DNA from: an uncultured virus (IMG/VR IMGVR_UViG_3300002092_000039)
Lineage: Duplodnaviria > Heunggongvirae > Uroviricota > Caudoviricetes
Virus record (IMG/VR): IMGVR_UViG_3300002092_000039
Length of the DNA: 64,000 bases
Strand: one strand, 5' to 3'
Below the pieces are notes generated by a model that saw nothing but the letters and a program-made list of their open reading frames with translations, was not told the DNA's origin and made no database searches. The position numbers and the translations under genes were made by a program. Positions 1 through 9,861 of this stretch are shown here, piece by piece. How positions within the stretch are numbered: the stretch's first letter is position 1; every line of letters starts with the position of its first letter.

Positions 1-390
1 ATGAGAGCTAACGAATTCATAATTGAAGCAGATGTTGGGGCTAATGCTAATGATCTTCCTGGTGATCAAGTAGCAGCTATTAAAGGTGCTATTAGTATGC
101 CTGATGTTAGTATAAACAAAAGCAATGGCAATCCATATACAAATTATCGTTTTGGTATTGCAGTAGCAGGGGCTCCCGATTTTCCAACTAAAGCTGCTGG
201 TGCATTTGCTGGCGACCCATTATTGGCTACATATACTGACGAAGAAATAGAAATGATTAATGCTGCTGCTGATATGGTTGGCGCCGGCAAAGTTAAAAAA
301 TTGAGCAGCAACCGCAGTACTGAATTAAGTAATACTAATAAGACTAGCCCAGTTCCGCAAAACAGTGGCAAGACTATCAAACGCAGATAA
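1..390 (+). CDS. Putative head-internal/virion protein
   Basis: N-terminus MRANEFIIE resembles the T4 internal-protein capsid-targeting leader (MKTYQEFIAE). Confidence 0.45.
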   Translation: MRANEFIIEADVGANANDLPGDQVAAIKGAISMPDVSINKSNGNPYTNYRFGIAVAGAPDFPTKAAGAFAGDPLLATYTDEEIEMINAAADMVGAGKVKKLSSNRSTELSNTNKTSPVPQNSGKTIKRR

Positions 391-422
391 CTAATACATA
401 TCTAGCCTGTTAGGAAATCTAT

Positions 423-1736
423 ATGTTTAGTAATAAGACTTTCTGTACACTTCCATTTTCTTCAATTCAAATAAATTCTTCTGGCAACTATAAAGTTTGT
501 TGTTTTACAGGCGAAATTACTGAAAATGCCAAAGTAAGAGGTGGGTTTCAAAATAATTATGGAATTGCACTTGATAANGATGGCAAAGTTATGCATGTTT
601 TGACGCACAGNATAGAAGAAGCTATAAACAGTGAAACACATAAATCTTTACGACTAGCACAAAGTAAAGACGAAAGACATCCAGCTTGNCATGTATGTTG
701 GGTTAAGGATGATGGGCATGATTCGAGTTATAGACAAATAAGAAATAGACATTTTAATACTCGAGACGGTGCAATTAATTTAGAAGACGCAAGTGAAGTA
801 ATGTCAGCTGATGGTTCCATTTCTAATCTTCCTATTGCACTAGATTTGCGTTTTGGAAATCTGTGTAATGCAAAATGTATCATGTGTGGTCCTACATACA
901 GTAATGCATGGTATGAGGACTATGGTAAAGTGGAAAGAAAATCCACGTTTCATATTGGAGCGGCACAATATAAAATTACAGAAGAAAATGGCATATATAA
1001 ATCCAACATGAATGCGGAAGGTAAGTGGTGGGAGAGTCAAATCTGGTGGGATCAATTTGAGCGTATAAAGAATAGAATTAGGTACGTATACATAACAGGC
1101 GGCGAGCCATTTATTGTTCCTGCGCATGATGAATTTTTGGATAGGTTAATATCTTCAGGACTGGCAGATAAAGTTGATCTTGCATACGATACAAATTTAA
1201 GTGTTATAAATCCAAAAATAATTAATAGACTAAAAAAATTCAAAAGCGTTAATATAAGTGCAAGTATGGATGATATAGAAGATCGGTACGAGTTAATTAG
1301 ATTCCCATTAAAATGGGAACGCTTTATTGAAAATTGTAAAATAATCAATAAGGAAATGAAAATTAAAGAATTTAAACTATCATCTGTTATAGGTATTTTT
1401 ACTGCGTATGCGCCTTTAAGGTTTGTACCTTATTTTGAAAATTTAGGGTTCAATAGTATGGTTATTAGAACTGTTCATTACCCGTTTAATTCAGATTTGG
1501 TGCATTTAACAAATAATCAGAAACAAAAAGTTATAGATGCCTATAAAAATACGAATATTGGAAGTTATTATACTGATTTTTTTACAAACTATCTAACAAG
1601 TACTAAAGATAAGGAAAATTCAAAACAGTTAGAAGATTTTGTTCGCAGAATGAATACATTAGACAGATTACGAGGTACTGAATGGAAAGCAACAATGCCA
1701 GATGTCGCAGATCTCATGAAAGATTATATCAAATAA
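423..1736 (+). CDS. Radical SAM protein with N-terminal Cys-rich (twitch/SPASM-like) region
   Basis: CNAKCIMC (CxxxCxxC), TGGEP, N-terminal FCTLPF..VCC..VCW; three ambiguous N bases. Confidence 0.9.
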   Translation: MFSNKTFCTLPFSSIQINSSGNYKVCCFTGEITENAKVRGGFQNNYGIALDXDGKVMHVLTHXIEEAINSETHKSLRLAQSKDERHPAXHVCWVKDDGHDSSYRQIRNRHFNTRDGAINLEDASEVMSADGSISNLPIALDLRFGNLCNAKCIMCGPTYSNAWYEDYGKVERKSTFHIGAAQYKITEENGIYKSNMNAEGKWWESQIWWDQFERIKNRIRYVYITGGEPFIVPAHDEFLDRLISSGLADKVDLAYDTNLSVINPKIINRLKKFKSVNISASMDDIEDRYELIRFPLKWERFIENCKIINKEMKIKEFKLSSVIGIFTAYAPLRFVPYFENLGFNSMVIRTVHYPFNSDLVHLTNNQKQKVIDAYKNTNIGSYYTDFFTNYLTSTKDKENSKQLEDFVRRMNTLDRLRGTEWKATMPDVADLMKDYIK

Positions 1737-1743
1737 ATATCAA

Positions 1744-1947
1744 ATGGATCTCAAAGAACTTAAAAAACTTGCTGGAATTAAAACCGAAAGTTACGGGCAA
1801 GTAACTAGCGAACGTGCTACCAGTTTTAGACAAATTGAACGTGAGAAGAATATACAACCTGGGACAGATGAGTGGTTCCAACTTTGGTTTAGTAAGCCAT
1901 TGTTGACAGGTGAAATGCCTGTTGGCTTTAGAGGTCGTAAGAAATGA
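1744..1947 (+). CDS. Small late protein with KLAGI motif
   Basis: TAAATA 4 nt upstream; LKKLAGI motif shared with 6355 and 8448 ORFs. Confidence 0.7.
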   Translation: MDLKELKKLAGIKTESYGQVTSERATSFRQIEREKNIQPGTDEWFQLWFSKPLLTGEMPVGFRGRKK

Positions 1948-2969
1948 AAATGTTTGATATCGTTGAAGGCGGATGGGATACTACAGTAACACAAGGTACT
2001 GTAATTAAGCCTGCGGTTGTTAAGCATGTACTTGGTATTATACAACAGTTTGTGCAGGACTTTAACAAGTGGTTAGCACAAAAGGGATTGGACCCTGTGC
2101 AGATGGGTAGGCCAACTGGTTCTGGTGCTTATCACGAAAAGGATCAAGAAGAAGATCCTGACAAAGTTTATGGTGATATTGACTTACAAATGATCGGCGC
2201 ACCACTAGAAGGAGCAACGCAGGGACAGTTTACAAATTATTGGAATGGACTTGCTGATAAATTTGTTAAGGAAGCACAACCCAGTTATTTTCATCCAGTT
2301 GAAAGTAAAATTGGGCACCCCATTGTTAAAATTGGTCAGGATGCTTATGTACAAGTTGACTTTATGTGGCATAGCCCTGAATTATCACAGTGGGGTGCTT
2401 CAAGAGTAACCCCTGAACGTGGGGTCAAAGGACTACTCACTGGTAATATGTACAGTGTGTTGGGCGAGCTAATGGGTATGAGTATCCAACACGCCGGAGT
2501 ACAAATTAAAACACAAAATGGACAACAAGTACCATTTAGTAAGCAAAAAGACGTTGAAGTACACACGTTAGCCAAGAACCCAAGAACATTTATATACGAC
2601 ATCTTTCAATTTGAAGCAAATCGTATACTTGGTAAGTCTGCCAACATAGATCCCATGCTTAGAGATAATCCAGGTGCTGATATTAATAACATGAAGATCG
2701 CAACATTAGTTAATGGTGTTAAAGGATTAGCTAATAGCTTTGAACAAAATGATATGTTTGGTAAGGGCAGTTTAAGTGGATTTAGTGGTGCTCAAGATTT
2801 CTTATCTAAATTCCTACAGCGTTATACTGAAAAAGCAATGGAAGATATAAATGATGCTAAACGTAATAAAGCAGAAACTCCAGAAGCTATTGCTCGTGCC
2901 AATGCTGATAGAGAAAAAGTTCGAAGTGGCCTGAGTATGGTTCAGGGACTATTTGCCACTTCAAACTAA
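1944..2969 (+). CDS. Putative Pol-beta-superfamily nucleotidyltransferase
   Basis: TGSG...GDIDL and downstream QVDF third acidic residue; MKMFDIVE leader. Confidence 0.6.
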   Translation: MKMFDIVEGGWDTTVTQGTVIKPAVVKHVLGIIQQFVQDFNKWLAQKGLDPVQMGRPTGSGAYHEKDQEEDPDKVYGDIDLQMIGAPLEGATQGQFTNYWNGLADKFVKEAQPSYFHPVESKIGHPIVKIGQDAYVQVDFMWHSPELSQWGASRVTPERGVKGLLTGNMYSVLGELMGMSIQHAGVQIKTQNGQQVPFSKQKDVEVHTLAKNPRTFIYDIFQFEANRILGKSANIDPMLRDNPGADINNMKIATLVNGVKGLANSFEQNDMFGKGSLSGFSGAQDFLSKFLQRYTEKAMEDINDAKRNKAETPEAIARANADREKVRSGLSMVQGLFATSN

Positions 2970-3475
2970 GTTAGGAAAGGTACCCAACTTGGGTGTCTAA
3001 TGTCGTAAGTATGATTCTTACGTCTTGCGCTCAAATGCCAATAATCAGGCTTATATGGTTCCTTAATTGGCTTCTGATAGTTGTCCTTTTTCTTTTGATT
3101 GCAGGGCACACAAGCAGCAACACAATTCTCCCAATTAGTACGACCACCTTTGGCCCGCGGGATAACGTGATCAATAGTCAGCTCGCCGTGATCTAGTGTT
3201 TCAGCACAATATTGACACTGAAACAGATCTCTGAGATAGAGATTACTACGGCTAAACCGAACACCACGTTTAAAGGCATGGAAGTCTTTGGTAACAGCCA
3301 AGGCGGGTACCTTAAGTGTCATACTTGGACTATGCACTACCCAATCATCGTAATATTCAATGATCTCAATTTTGTTCATGAACTGTAGCTTGATAGCCTG
3401 TTGCCAGTCTATCACAGACAGGGGCAACCAACTAAGAGGCTGCCAGTTCGCATTGAGTACTAATGTTGCTGACAT
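2966..3475 (-). CDS. HNH endonuclease (McrA-like, Zn-binding)
   Basis: RDLFQCQYC...TIDHVIPRAKGG..NWENCVAACVPCNQKK. Confidence 0.92.
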   Translation of the reverse strand: MSATLVLNANWQPLSWLPLSVIDWQQAIKLQFMNKIEIIEYYDDWVVHSPSMTLKVPALAVTKDFHAFKRGVRFSRSNLYLRDLFQCQYCAETLDHGELTIDHVIPRAKGGRTNWENCVAACVPCNQKKKDNYQKPIKEPYKPDYWHLSARRKNHTYDIRHPSWVPFLT

Positions 3476-3567
3476 TATATATATTTACACTTTTGAATTT
3501 CACTATTTTAACAATAGTGGCTTTTGAACTTTTTGTCAACTGAATATTTCAATGAATAAGTATCCCA

Positions 3568-4494
3568 ATGCCTAAGTATTTCACTGTGAAATTTACCTGT
3601 TTGAATAGCGAGTTCTGGCTCAAAGTAGAATGTTTGGATACTCCTGTTATTAACCGTTGGTATCAAAGTGCAAAACAAATTTATCAAAATCCACCTGATA
3701 TTAAGTTATTGCATTATCCGGTTTATTACACTGAGATCACACCTAAATCACGTGAAATAGTTAATGGAGCCTACAACAATATATTAATGGCAATAGACTC
3801 ATTACAAGCAATTGGTATTGAATGGCCAGTTGTTGAGCCAATGGAATTTAACTATGATCAGAAATGGTGTAATCGTGTACACAGATATTTCACCACATTA
3901 ATGCAATATAGAAAATTTAATTTGACTTCAAATACTGTGATTGATGAGGACAGCACCAACCTTACTGTGTTTTATAAATTAGGCCATATAATAAACGAAG
4001 CAGTTCATAAGATTGAGCATTATTGTATAAACAACACAAGACAAAAGTATTCTAAATTTAACAAGCTATTGCATATTAATTTGCCTGGATTCAATTATCA
4101 CCTTAATGCTACTCATTCATGGCATGAGTTTAATAAAGAAGACTACCAATATCATACATGGGATTCAGAATATGATGTTATTTTTAATGCTGAAATACTA
4201 GGTAAAACTATATTGTGTAGTTTTCTAGATGAGGACGACCCAAACTACTTTGATACGTGTGGGCATAATGGATGGTGGGGTAGCTTTTTAATATTAGCAA
4301 ATGATGCCAGAAAGAACATTTATAATAGTAATGATTTTAATGATTGGTTAGCAAGTAATGGGGTAAGCAAAGAGACAGAACATATACGTGGTGATTACCC
4401 CATTGGTAAAGTTATTGCAACCAGTGAGGTTGATATAAGAAAACTTGATAATGTTAATAATATATCAAATTGCTCAATTGAGTTCCATGACTAA
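3568..4494 (+). CDS. Hypothetical protein, paralog of 33705-34592
   Basis: Long ORF; NRVHRYF, NEAVHKIE and LGKT motifs shared with paralog. Confidence 0.7.
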   Translation: MPKYFTVKFTCLNSEFWLKVECLDTPVINRWYQSAKQIYQNPPDIKLLHYPVYYTEITPKSREIVNGAYNNILMAIDSLQAIGIEWPVVEPMEFNYDQKWCNRVHRYFTTLMQYRKFNLTSNTVIDEDSTNLTVFYKLGHIINEAVHKIEHYCINNTRQKYSKFNKLLHINLPGFNYHLNATHSWHEFNKEDYQYHTWDSEYDVIFNAEILGKTILCSFLDEDDPNYFDTCGHNGWWGSFLILANDARKNIYNSNDFNDWLASNGVSKETEHIRGDYPIGKVIATSEVDIRKLDNVNNISNCSIEFHD

Positions 4495-4502
4495 ATATTT
4501 TT

Positions 4503-4751
4503 ATGATTAATTGGCACGCTAGACGTGTAGCCACTATACAGATATACTATTATATGCCTGACCATAACTCCATTATACAGGAGTTTTTATGGCAGACCGA
4601 AGATCTAGTTCCTGAATTTCCCAGAATACATAAGTTTCTTTGGCATTGGAAACGTGAGATTGATGCGAGGATCCAAGAGATTCAATTGTCTTATATGGAT
4701 CCATATCAAAAAACAAGATATATAAACTGCAACCAAATGTTTGATATATGA
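4503..4751 (+). CDS. usg: Usg-family protein
   Basis: IYYYMPDH-SIIQEFLWQTEDLVPEFPRIHKFLWHWKREID matches the recalled alphaproteobacterial Usg pattern. Confidence 0.75.
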   Translation: MINWHARRVATIQIYYYMPDHNSIIQEFLWQTEDLVPEFPRIHKFLWHWKREIDARIQEIQLSYMDPYQKTRYINCNQMFDI

Positions 4752-6313
4752 GCAATCTCGGCGACGACTTAGTTAAAAAACCATATTTGAAGATGTCATA
4801 CACAATGGAAGAAATTGTGCATCTTCAAAAATGCGCGGACCCTGTGACTGGGCCGATGTATTTTATGGAAAACTTCTTCTTTATTCAGCATCCTTTACGC
4901 GGTCGTATAAAATTTATACCGTTCGATTATCAAATTGAACTAATTGGAAACTATCACGGTAATCGTTTTAGTATTAACATGCTTGGGCGTCAGATGGGCA
5001 AGACCACTTGTGCTGCTGGATACTTGCTTTGGTTTGCAATGTTCGTTCCTGATAGTACTATTCTAATTGCTGCTCACAAGTATACAGGCGCCCAGGAAAT
5101 CATGCAGCGCATTCGTTATGCTTATGAAAGTGTGCCTAATTTTATACGTTGTGGTGTTACCAGCTATAACAAAGGCTCAATTGAATTTGACAACGGCAGT
5201 CGTATTGTAAGTGCTACAACAACTGAAACAACGGGACGTGGTATGTCTATCTCACTGCTGTACTGCGACGAGTTTGCCTTCGTTAGACCAACCATTGCTC
5301 GTGAATTCTGGACATCTATCAGTCCTACACTGTCAACTGGTGGTAAAGCAATTGTTACAAGTACCCCAAACAGTGACGAAGATCAATTTGCTACTATTTG
5401 GAAAGTTGCTAATCAAAAGTTCGATGAGTATGGCAATGAAACGAAGTTGGGGAAGAACGGATTTGCCCCAATCATGTTCCCATGGGATAGGCATCCTGAA
5501 CGACAGCAAGCATGGGCAGATCAGGAACGTGCGAGCATTGGTGATGATAGATTCAGTCGAGAACATGAATGCAAGTTCATTATCTTTGATGAGACTTTAA
5601 TTTCGCCAAGTACATTGGCACTTATGGAGGGTATTAACCCCGTAGAAAAGCAAGGGCAGGTGCGTTGGTATGAGAAACCTATTCCTGGGAATGTTTATAG
5701 TGTGGCCCTTGACCCTAGTTTGGGTACTGGCGGCGACCCAGCTGCTATACAAGTATGGGATCTTACCACAATGAGACAAGTGGCTGAGTGGCAGCATAAT
5801 TTGACTGTCATTCAACGGCAAGTTGCCATCATGAGTGAGATATGTCGCTATATTGCTGAAGAAACGGATGAACCAAGCAACTTATATTATAGTGTGGAAA
5901 ATAATACAATTGGTGAAGCAGCCCTTAATGCAATACAGGATATTGGTGAAGATAAAATTGCTGGCACATTCTTAAGTGAGCCTGGAGTATCTAGTAGTAA
6001 TCGTCGTTATCGTAAGGGATTTTCTACTAATCACAAGAGTAAATTGGCAGCTTGTGCTAAAATGAAACTTTGGGTTGAGACCGATCGTATGACAGTTCGC
6101 AGCAAGAGCTTGATTAGTGAATTAAAGAACTTCGTTGCAACAGGCAACACTTATAAAGCAAAAATTGGCGAAACTGACGATTTAGTTATGTCCACTATAC
6201 TAATTGTACGTATGGCAATGTTATTAAGGCAGTATGACTCTGATTTGAGTGAGAATTTAACGGATACGTTTGATGACGTCTTTATTGAGCCCATGCCTTT
6301 TATGATTGCTTAA
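4748..6313 (+). CDS. terL: Terminase large subunit (T4 gp17-like)
   Basis: GRQMGKT Walker A, LLYCDEFAF Walker B, TSTPN, DPSLG nuclease Asp, DDLVMS. Confidence 0.96.
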   Translation: MSNLGDDLVKKPYLKMSYTMEEIVHLQKCADPVTGPMYFMENFFFIQHPLRGRIKFIPFDYQIELIGNYHGNRFSINMLGRQMGKTTCAAGYLLWFAMFVPDSTILIAAHKYTGAQEIMQRIRYAYESVPNFIRCGVTSYNKGSIEFDNGSRIVSATTTETTGRGMSISLLYCDEFAFVRPTIAREFWTSISPTLSTGGKAIVTSTPNSDEDQFATIWKVANQKFDEYGNETKLGKNGFAPIMFPWDRHPERQQAWADQERASIGDDRFSREHECKFIIFDETLISPSTLALMEGINPVEKQGQVRWYEKPIPGNVYSVALDPSLGTGGDPAAIQVWDLTTMRQVAEWQHNLTVIQRQVAIMSEICRYIAEETDEPSNLYYSVENNTIGEAALNAIQDIGEDKIAGTFLSEPGVSSSNRRYRKGFSTNHKSKLAACAKMKLWVETDRMTVRSKSLISELKNFVATGNTYKAKIGETDDLVMSTILIVRMAMLLRQYDSDLSENLTDTFDDVFIEPMPFMIA

Positions 6314-6354
6314 TAAATCCTTTATAATATTGTGTCATCAAACTAAATAGTTAC

Positions 6355-8436
6355 ATGGCCGGTGTAGATCAAGCAGCAGACGACTTATTTTTTAAATTGC
6401 GTAATCGCTTCCCCAGAGTAACAATGGGTGACGCAGATAGCAATGCCACAACCAATCCCAAGGATTCACGTTTCTTTAATTTTGATTATGAGGAAAACGA
6501 GATTAAATTTGGTAATGTCACAGCGAGTCTAATTGACAAGCAAAACCTAAAGATATACTTTAGCCAAGATATTACCAAGTATATGGATGCTGAGGAAAAA
6601 AGAAGTTGGTATAACTTCCTTAAAGAAATAAGAAAATTTGCTAAAAGTCATTTACTGGGATTGGATGTCAGAGACATCACTAAAGATATTCTAACTCATG
6701 AGGATTTGAAATTCGTGTCAAACCAAAATAAAGAAAAGTCCCAAATTGGCGAAAGTCGTGTGCTTTGGGCACGTCGTGGCAAGGTTAGCGAGGGCGACCT
6801 TAACAACGTAAAAATTCATGTCGTACACAGTGAGCGTATGATTGAAAATACAAACAATAGACTATTGCGTGTTGACCGCATTTTCCTTGTAAATGAATCA
6901 GGTGAGAAGTTCCTATTGCCATTTCGAAGTGTAATGGGTGCTAAGGCTATGGCCAATCACGTGGGACGAGGTGGTAATCCATATGATACAAGTGGTCAGT
7001 TGATTAGCGGTGCTGTGAATGAAATGATGAATCTTCGTCGTTTTGCCAGTGCTACTCGTCGTAAGACATTTGAGAGCGAAGATGCTGTTCAGGTAATTGA
7101 AGCAGCTAGTGCTATTAAAGAAAGCATCAAGCGTAGTTTGTTCCGTATGGCTAACAATACTCGCTTTGATGAGAACATGGAAGATTTAGGCAAGTTATTG
7201 GCTGAACAGGACGCTATAGAAGATATTAAGCCAATGTTCGTACAGCAGGTGTATAATGAGAATTTAGACAATTGGATTAACAGCGCCGCAAAGGCATATA
7301 AGCAATACAAAGGCAATATTATGGAAGCACTAAAGGAATCAGCCGGCGCTGTTGCACAGAAGTTAAAAGATCCAAATTGGAAAATGGTACTTAAGGATGA
7401 TCCAGCAGAAGATCGTTTAATTGCCAGCAGCAAGTATACAGATGGTAGAGCATTACTTCGTCGTGTACTTGGTACTGTTGCAGATCGTGTTAGCATGGAA
7501 GACAGTGAGATTGCAAACTGGGCAAGTCAAATTGGACAGGATATTGAAGATGGCAAGGCTTCAGGCGAAGACATGCAAATTGCTCTTCAGTTGGCAAAGC
7601 GTTATCAAGATGATTTAAAGACAATTAAAAATGATCCCGAAGCAGGCAAAGAATTACGTGTCGCCGCATTTGGGCAGCGTAAGACAATGGGCAAAAAAGA
7701 CAAAGTTGAATCTGATCAGCTGGAAGATTGGGTACAGGGTATCGGCGAAGGCGACGAAGCAGATATGATGGACGAAATTGACGCTGACGAGGAAGGATTG
7801 GGTCAAATGAAAGTAAATGAAATCGAAGTTGAAGAAACTCCAATGGATAGAATTAGAGAAAGAGCAGCTTCGAGAGAAGTTACTTCTACTCCAGCAGAGC
7901 GTGTAGCTGAAAGAGTCGCTACTCGTACCGGTGGAACTACCGCAGCAGAGCGTGTAGCTGAAAGAGTAACTGCTAGACATCCAATGACTAAGGTTGCTGA
8001 AAGAGTAGCAGCAAGAGCAAATCAAGGACAGGAAGTTGTAGCTGAAATTGAAGATGACATGGAAGAAGCAACTGATCCCCGTGATTCGAGACCAGAAACA
8101 TGGAGACCAAATAACACTGGATATGCTTGGGATAGATTATCGACAAGATCACCATCCGACGACGAAGATAGTAAAGCAACACGTCGTGGAAAACAAATGG
8201 GCTTAAAACATTCTATAAGAGATGCTTTGGGCAAGCATGGTCCAAAAGGTAAGCTACCTGAAGATGCAGATATGGAAGAAGGCAACGAGTTTTCGGGTGA
8301 ATTAGCAAAAGCCAAAGCATCGCACCGAGATGAGTTTGAAGTTGACGGCAAGAAATATCCTGTTGAGGAAGGCATTGAGGTAAACCCAATCAATGACAGT
8401 TTGGCTCTTATGCGTAAACTAGCTGGTTTAAGATAA
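6355..8436 (+). CDS. Large acidic head/scaffold-like protein
   Basis: Follows terL, late promoter, many (I/L/M)xE potential protease sites, ends LMRKLAGLR. Confidence 0.6.
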   Translation: MAGVDQAADDLFFKLRNRFPRVTMGDADSNATTNPKDSRFFNFDYEENEIKFGNVTASLIDKQNLKIYFSQDITKYMDAEEKRSWYNFLKEIRKFAKSHLLGLDVRDITKDILTHEDLKFVSNQNKEKSQIGESRVLWARRGKVSEGDLNNVKIHVVHSERMIENTNNRLLRVDRIFLVNESGEKFLLPFRSVMGAKAMANHVGRGGNPYDTSGQLISGAVNEMMNLRRFASATRRKTFESEDAVQVIEAASAIKESIKRSLFRMANNTRFDENMEDLGKLLAEQDAIEDIKPMFVQQVYNENLDNWINSAAKAYKQYKGNIMEALKESAGAVAQKLKDPNWKMVLKDDPAEDRLIASSKYTDGRALLRRVLGTVADRVSMEDSEIANWASQIGQDIEDGKASGEDMQIALQLAKRYQDDLKTIKNDPEAGKELRVAAFGQRKTMGKKDKVESDQLEDWVQGIGEGDEADMMDEIDADEEGLGQMKVNEIEVEETPMDRIRERAASREVTSTPAERVAERVATRTGGTTAAERVAERVTARHPMTKVAERVAARANQGQEVVAEIEDDMEEATDPRDSRPETWRPNNTGYAWDRLSTRSPSDDEDSKATRRGKQMGLKHSIRDALGKHGPKGKLPEDADMEEGNEFSGELAKAKASHRDEFEVDGKKYPVEEGIEVNPINDSLALMRKLAGLR
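7890..8010 (+). repeat. Three intragenic AERVAERV-type repeats
   Basis: gcagagcgtgtagctgaaagagt occurs twice, plus a degenerate third copy. Confidence 0.85.
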
Positions 8437-8447
8437 GGAAATATATT

Positions 8448-8663
8448 ATGAATGACACATTAAACTTAATGAGAAAATTAGCAGGATTAGAAGCAACTCA
8501 GATCAATGAAGAGGGCCTGAGTGCAGGTATGCTGATACAACGTATGGAAACAAATCTTCAAGATTTGCGAGACATTGCCAATGGTGGTGGTGGCAGCGGG
8601 CAAGGCGTACTTTCTGCTCTTCAAAATCTATTGGACATGCTGAAACCTATGTTTCCAAAATAA
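8448..8663 (+). CDS. Small protein with N-terminal LMRKLAGL motif
   Basis: AAGGA RBS; motif identical to the C-terminus of the upstream ORF. Confidence 0.75.
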   Translation: MNDTLNLMRKLAGLEATQINEEGLSAGMLIQRMETNLQDLRDIANGGGGSGQGVLSALQNLLDMLKPMFPK

Positions 8664-8696
8664 TAATAGACTTTACCTATTATAAAATATAAATTA

Positions 8697-8727
8697 GCAA
8701 CATGCCTGATGAACATGTTGCTTTTTT
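8697..8727 (+). terminator. Intrinsic terminator
   Basis: agcaacatg/catgttgct stem followed by T-run. Confidence 0.7.
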
Positions 8728-8816
8728 ATTGACTCTAGGTTGGCAATCATGTATAAATAGTTATGACGTTGAGAGTAGTTGCTCACAACGATCAGGCAAC
8801 ATAAAGGAAAATTAAA

Positions 8817-9815
8817 ATGGCTTCATTGGCAGAAATTAGAGCAAAGCTTACAGCAATGGAAAACCGCAGCGGCGGCAATTCCTCAAACACCGGACGAGAC
8901 AACAGCGTTTACGCTCACTGGAATATTCCAGAAGGCTCCACAGCAAGGGTTCGCTTGCTACCAGACGGTGATACAAAAAACGACTTTTTCTGGGTTGAAC
9001 GTGCGATGATTCGCTTGCCCTTTAGTGGCATTAAGGGTGAGCCAGGCAGCAAGCCAGTTATTGTACAGGTTCCATGTATGGAAATGTACAACGAGACATG
9101 CCCAATCCTTACTGAAGTTCGTGCATGGTTCAAGGACAAGAGCCTTGAAGAGATGGGACGTAAGTATTGGAAGAAGCGTGGCTATCTATTCCAGGGCTTT
9201 GTACGTGAGTCACCTATGAGTGAAGACAATGTCCCTGAAAATCCAATTCGCAGGTTTATGGTGTCCCCCAGCATCTTCCCTGTGATTACCGCAGTATTGA
9301 AGGATACTGAGGTCGAGGAAATGCCTACTGATTATGATCGTGGTTTGGATTTCTCCATTACCAAGACTACGAAGGGTCAGTATGCAGATTACTCAACTAG
9401 CAAGTGGGCTCGTAAGGAATCAGCACTTACCGCAACGGAACGTGCTGCAATTGATACTTACGGGCTGTTTAACTTGTCTGATTACCTCCCCAAGAAGCCC
9501 GGAGAGACTGAGCTAAAGGCAATCGTTGAGATGTTTGAAGCTTCAGTTGATGGGCAGACTTACGATAAGGATCGTTGGAGTCAGTTTTATAAGCCACCTA
9601 GCATGGGTGGTGCAACTGATGATGGTGATGCACCCGTACGTTCTGCTCCCGCTGCTCGTCCGGCACCAGTGGCAGCTGCTCCTAAGGCAGAGACAGCACC
9701 CTGGGAAGATAATGAGCCAGTCGCCAGCGCACCAGTTGTAACTGAGGCTGCTAAGTTCCCCAATCAGCGAGCAGAAGACATCCTCGCAATGATTCGCAAC
9801 CGTAAGACTCAATAA
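8817..9815 (+). CDS. Single-stranded DNA-binding protein (gp32-like)
   Basis: MASLAEIRAKL, VRLLPDGD, CPIL, YWKKR, ADYSTS, acidic/Ala-rich tail; upstream of uvsX. Confidence 0.85.
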   Translation: MASLAEIRAKLTAMENRSGGNSSNTGRDNSVYAHWNIPEGSTARVRLLPDGDTKNDFFWVERAMIRLPFSGIKGEPGSKPVIVQVPCMEMYNETCPILTEVRAWFKDKSLEEMGRKYWKKRGYLFQGFVRESPMSEDNVPENPIRRFMVSPSIFPVITAVLKDTEVEEMPTDYDRGLDFSITKTTKGQYADYSTSKWARKESALTATERAAIDTYGLFNLSDYLPKKPGETELKAIVEMFEASVDGQTYDKDRWSQFYKPPSMGGATDDGDAPVRSAPAARPAPVAAAPKAETAPWEDNEPVASAPVVTEAAKFPNQRAEDILAMIRNRKTQ

Positions 9816-9826
9816 TACCTAACTAA

Positions 9827-9854
9827 GGCAGAGTGGAAACACTCTGCCATTTTG
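9827..9854 (+). terminator. Intrinsic terminator
   Basis: ggcagagtg-gaaa-cactctgcc plus attttt. Confidence 0.85.
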
Positions 9855-9861
9855 GATTACC

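Noticed and set aside
578..689. Ambiguous bases in the first radical-SAM gene as pseudogenisation
   Set aside because: Three single Ns keep the frame; more likely assembly ambiguity.
8771..8782. agagtagttg as a fourth copy of the hairpin motif
   Set aside because: Only one arm matches; the GCG-AACTAC partner and correctly placed promoter are missing.
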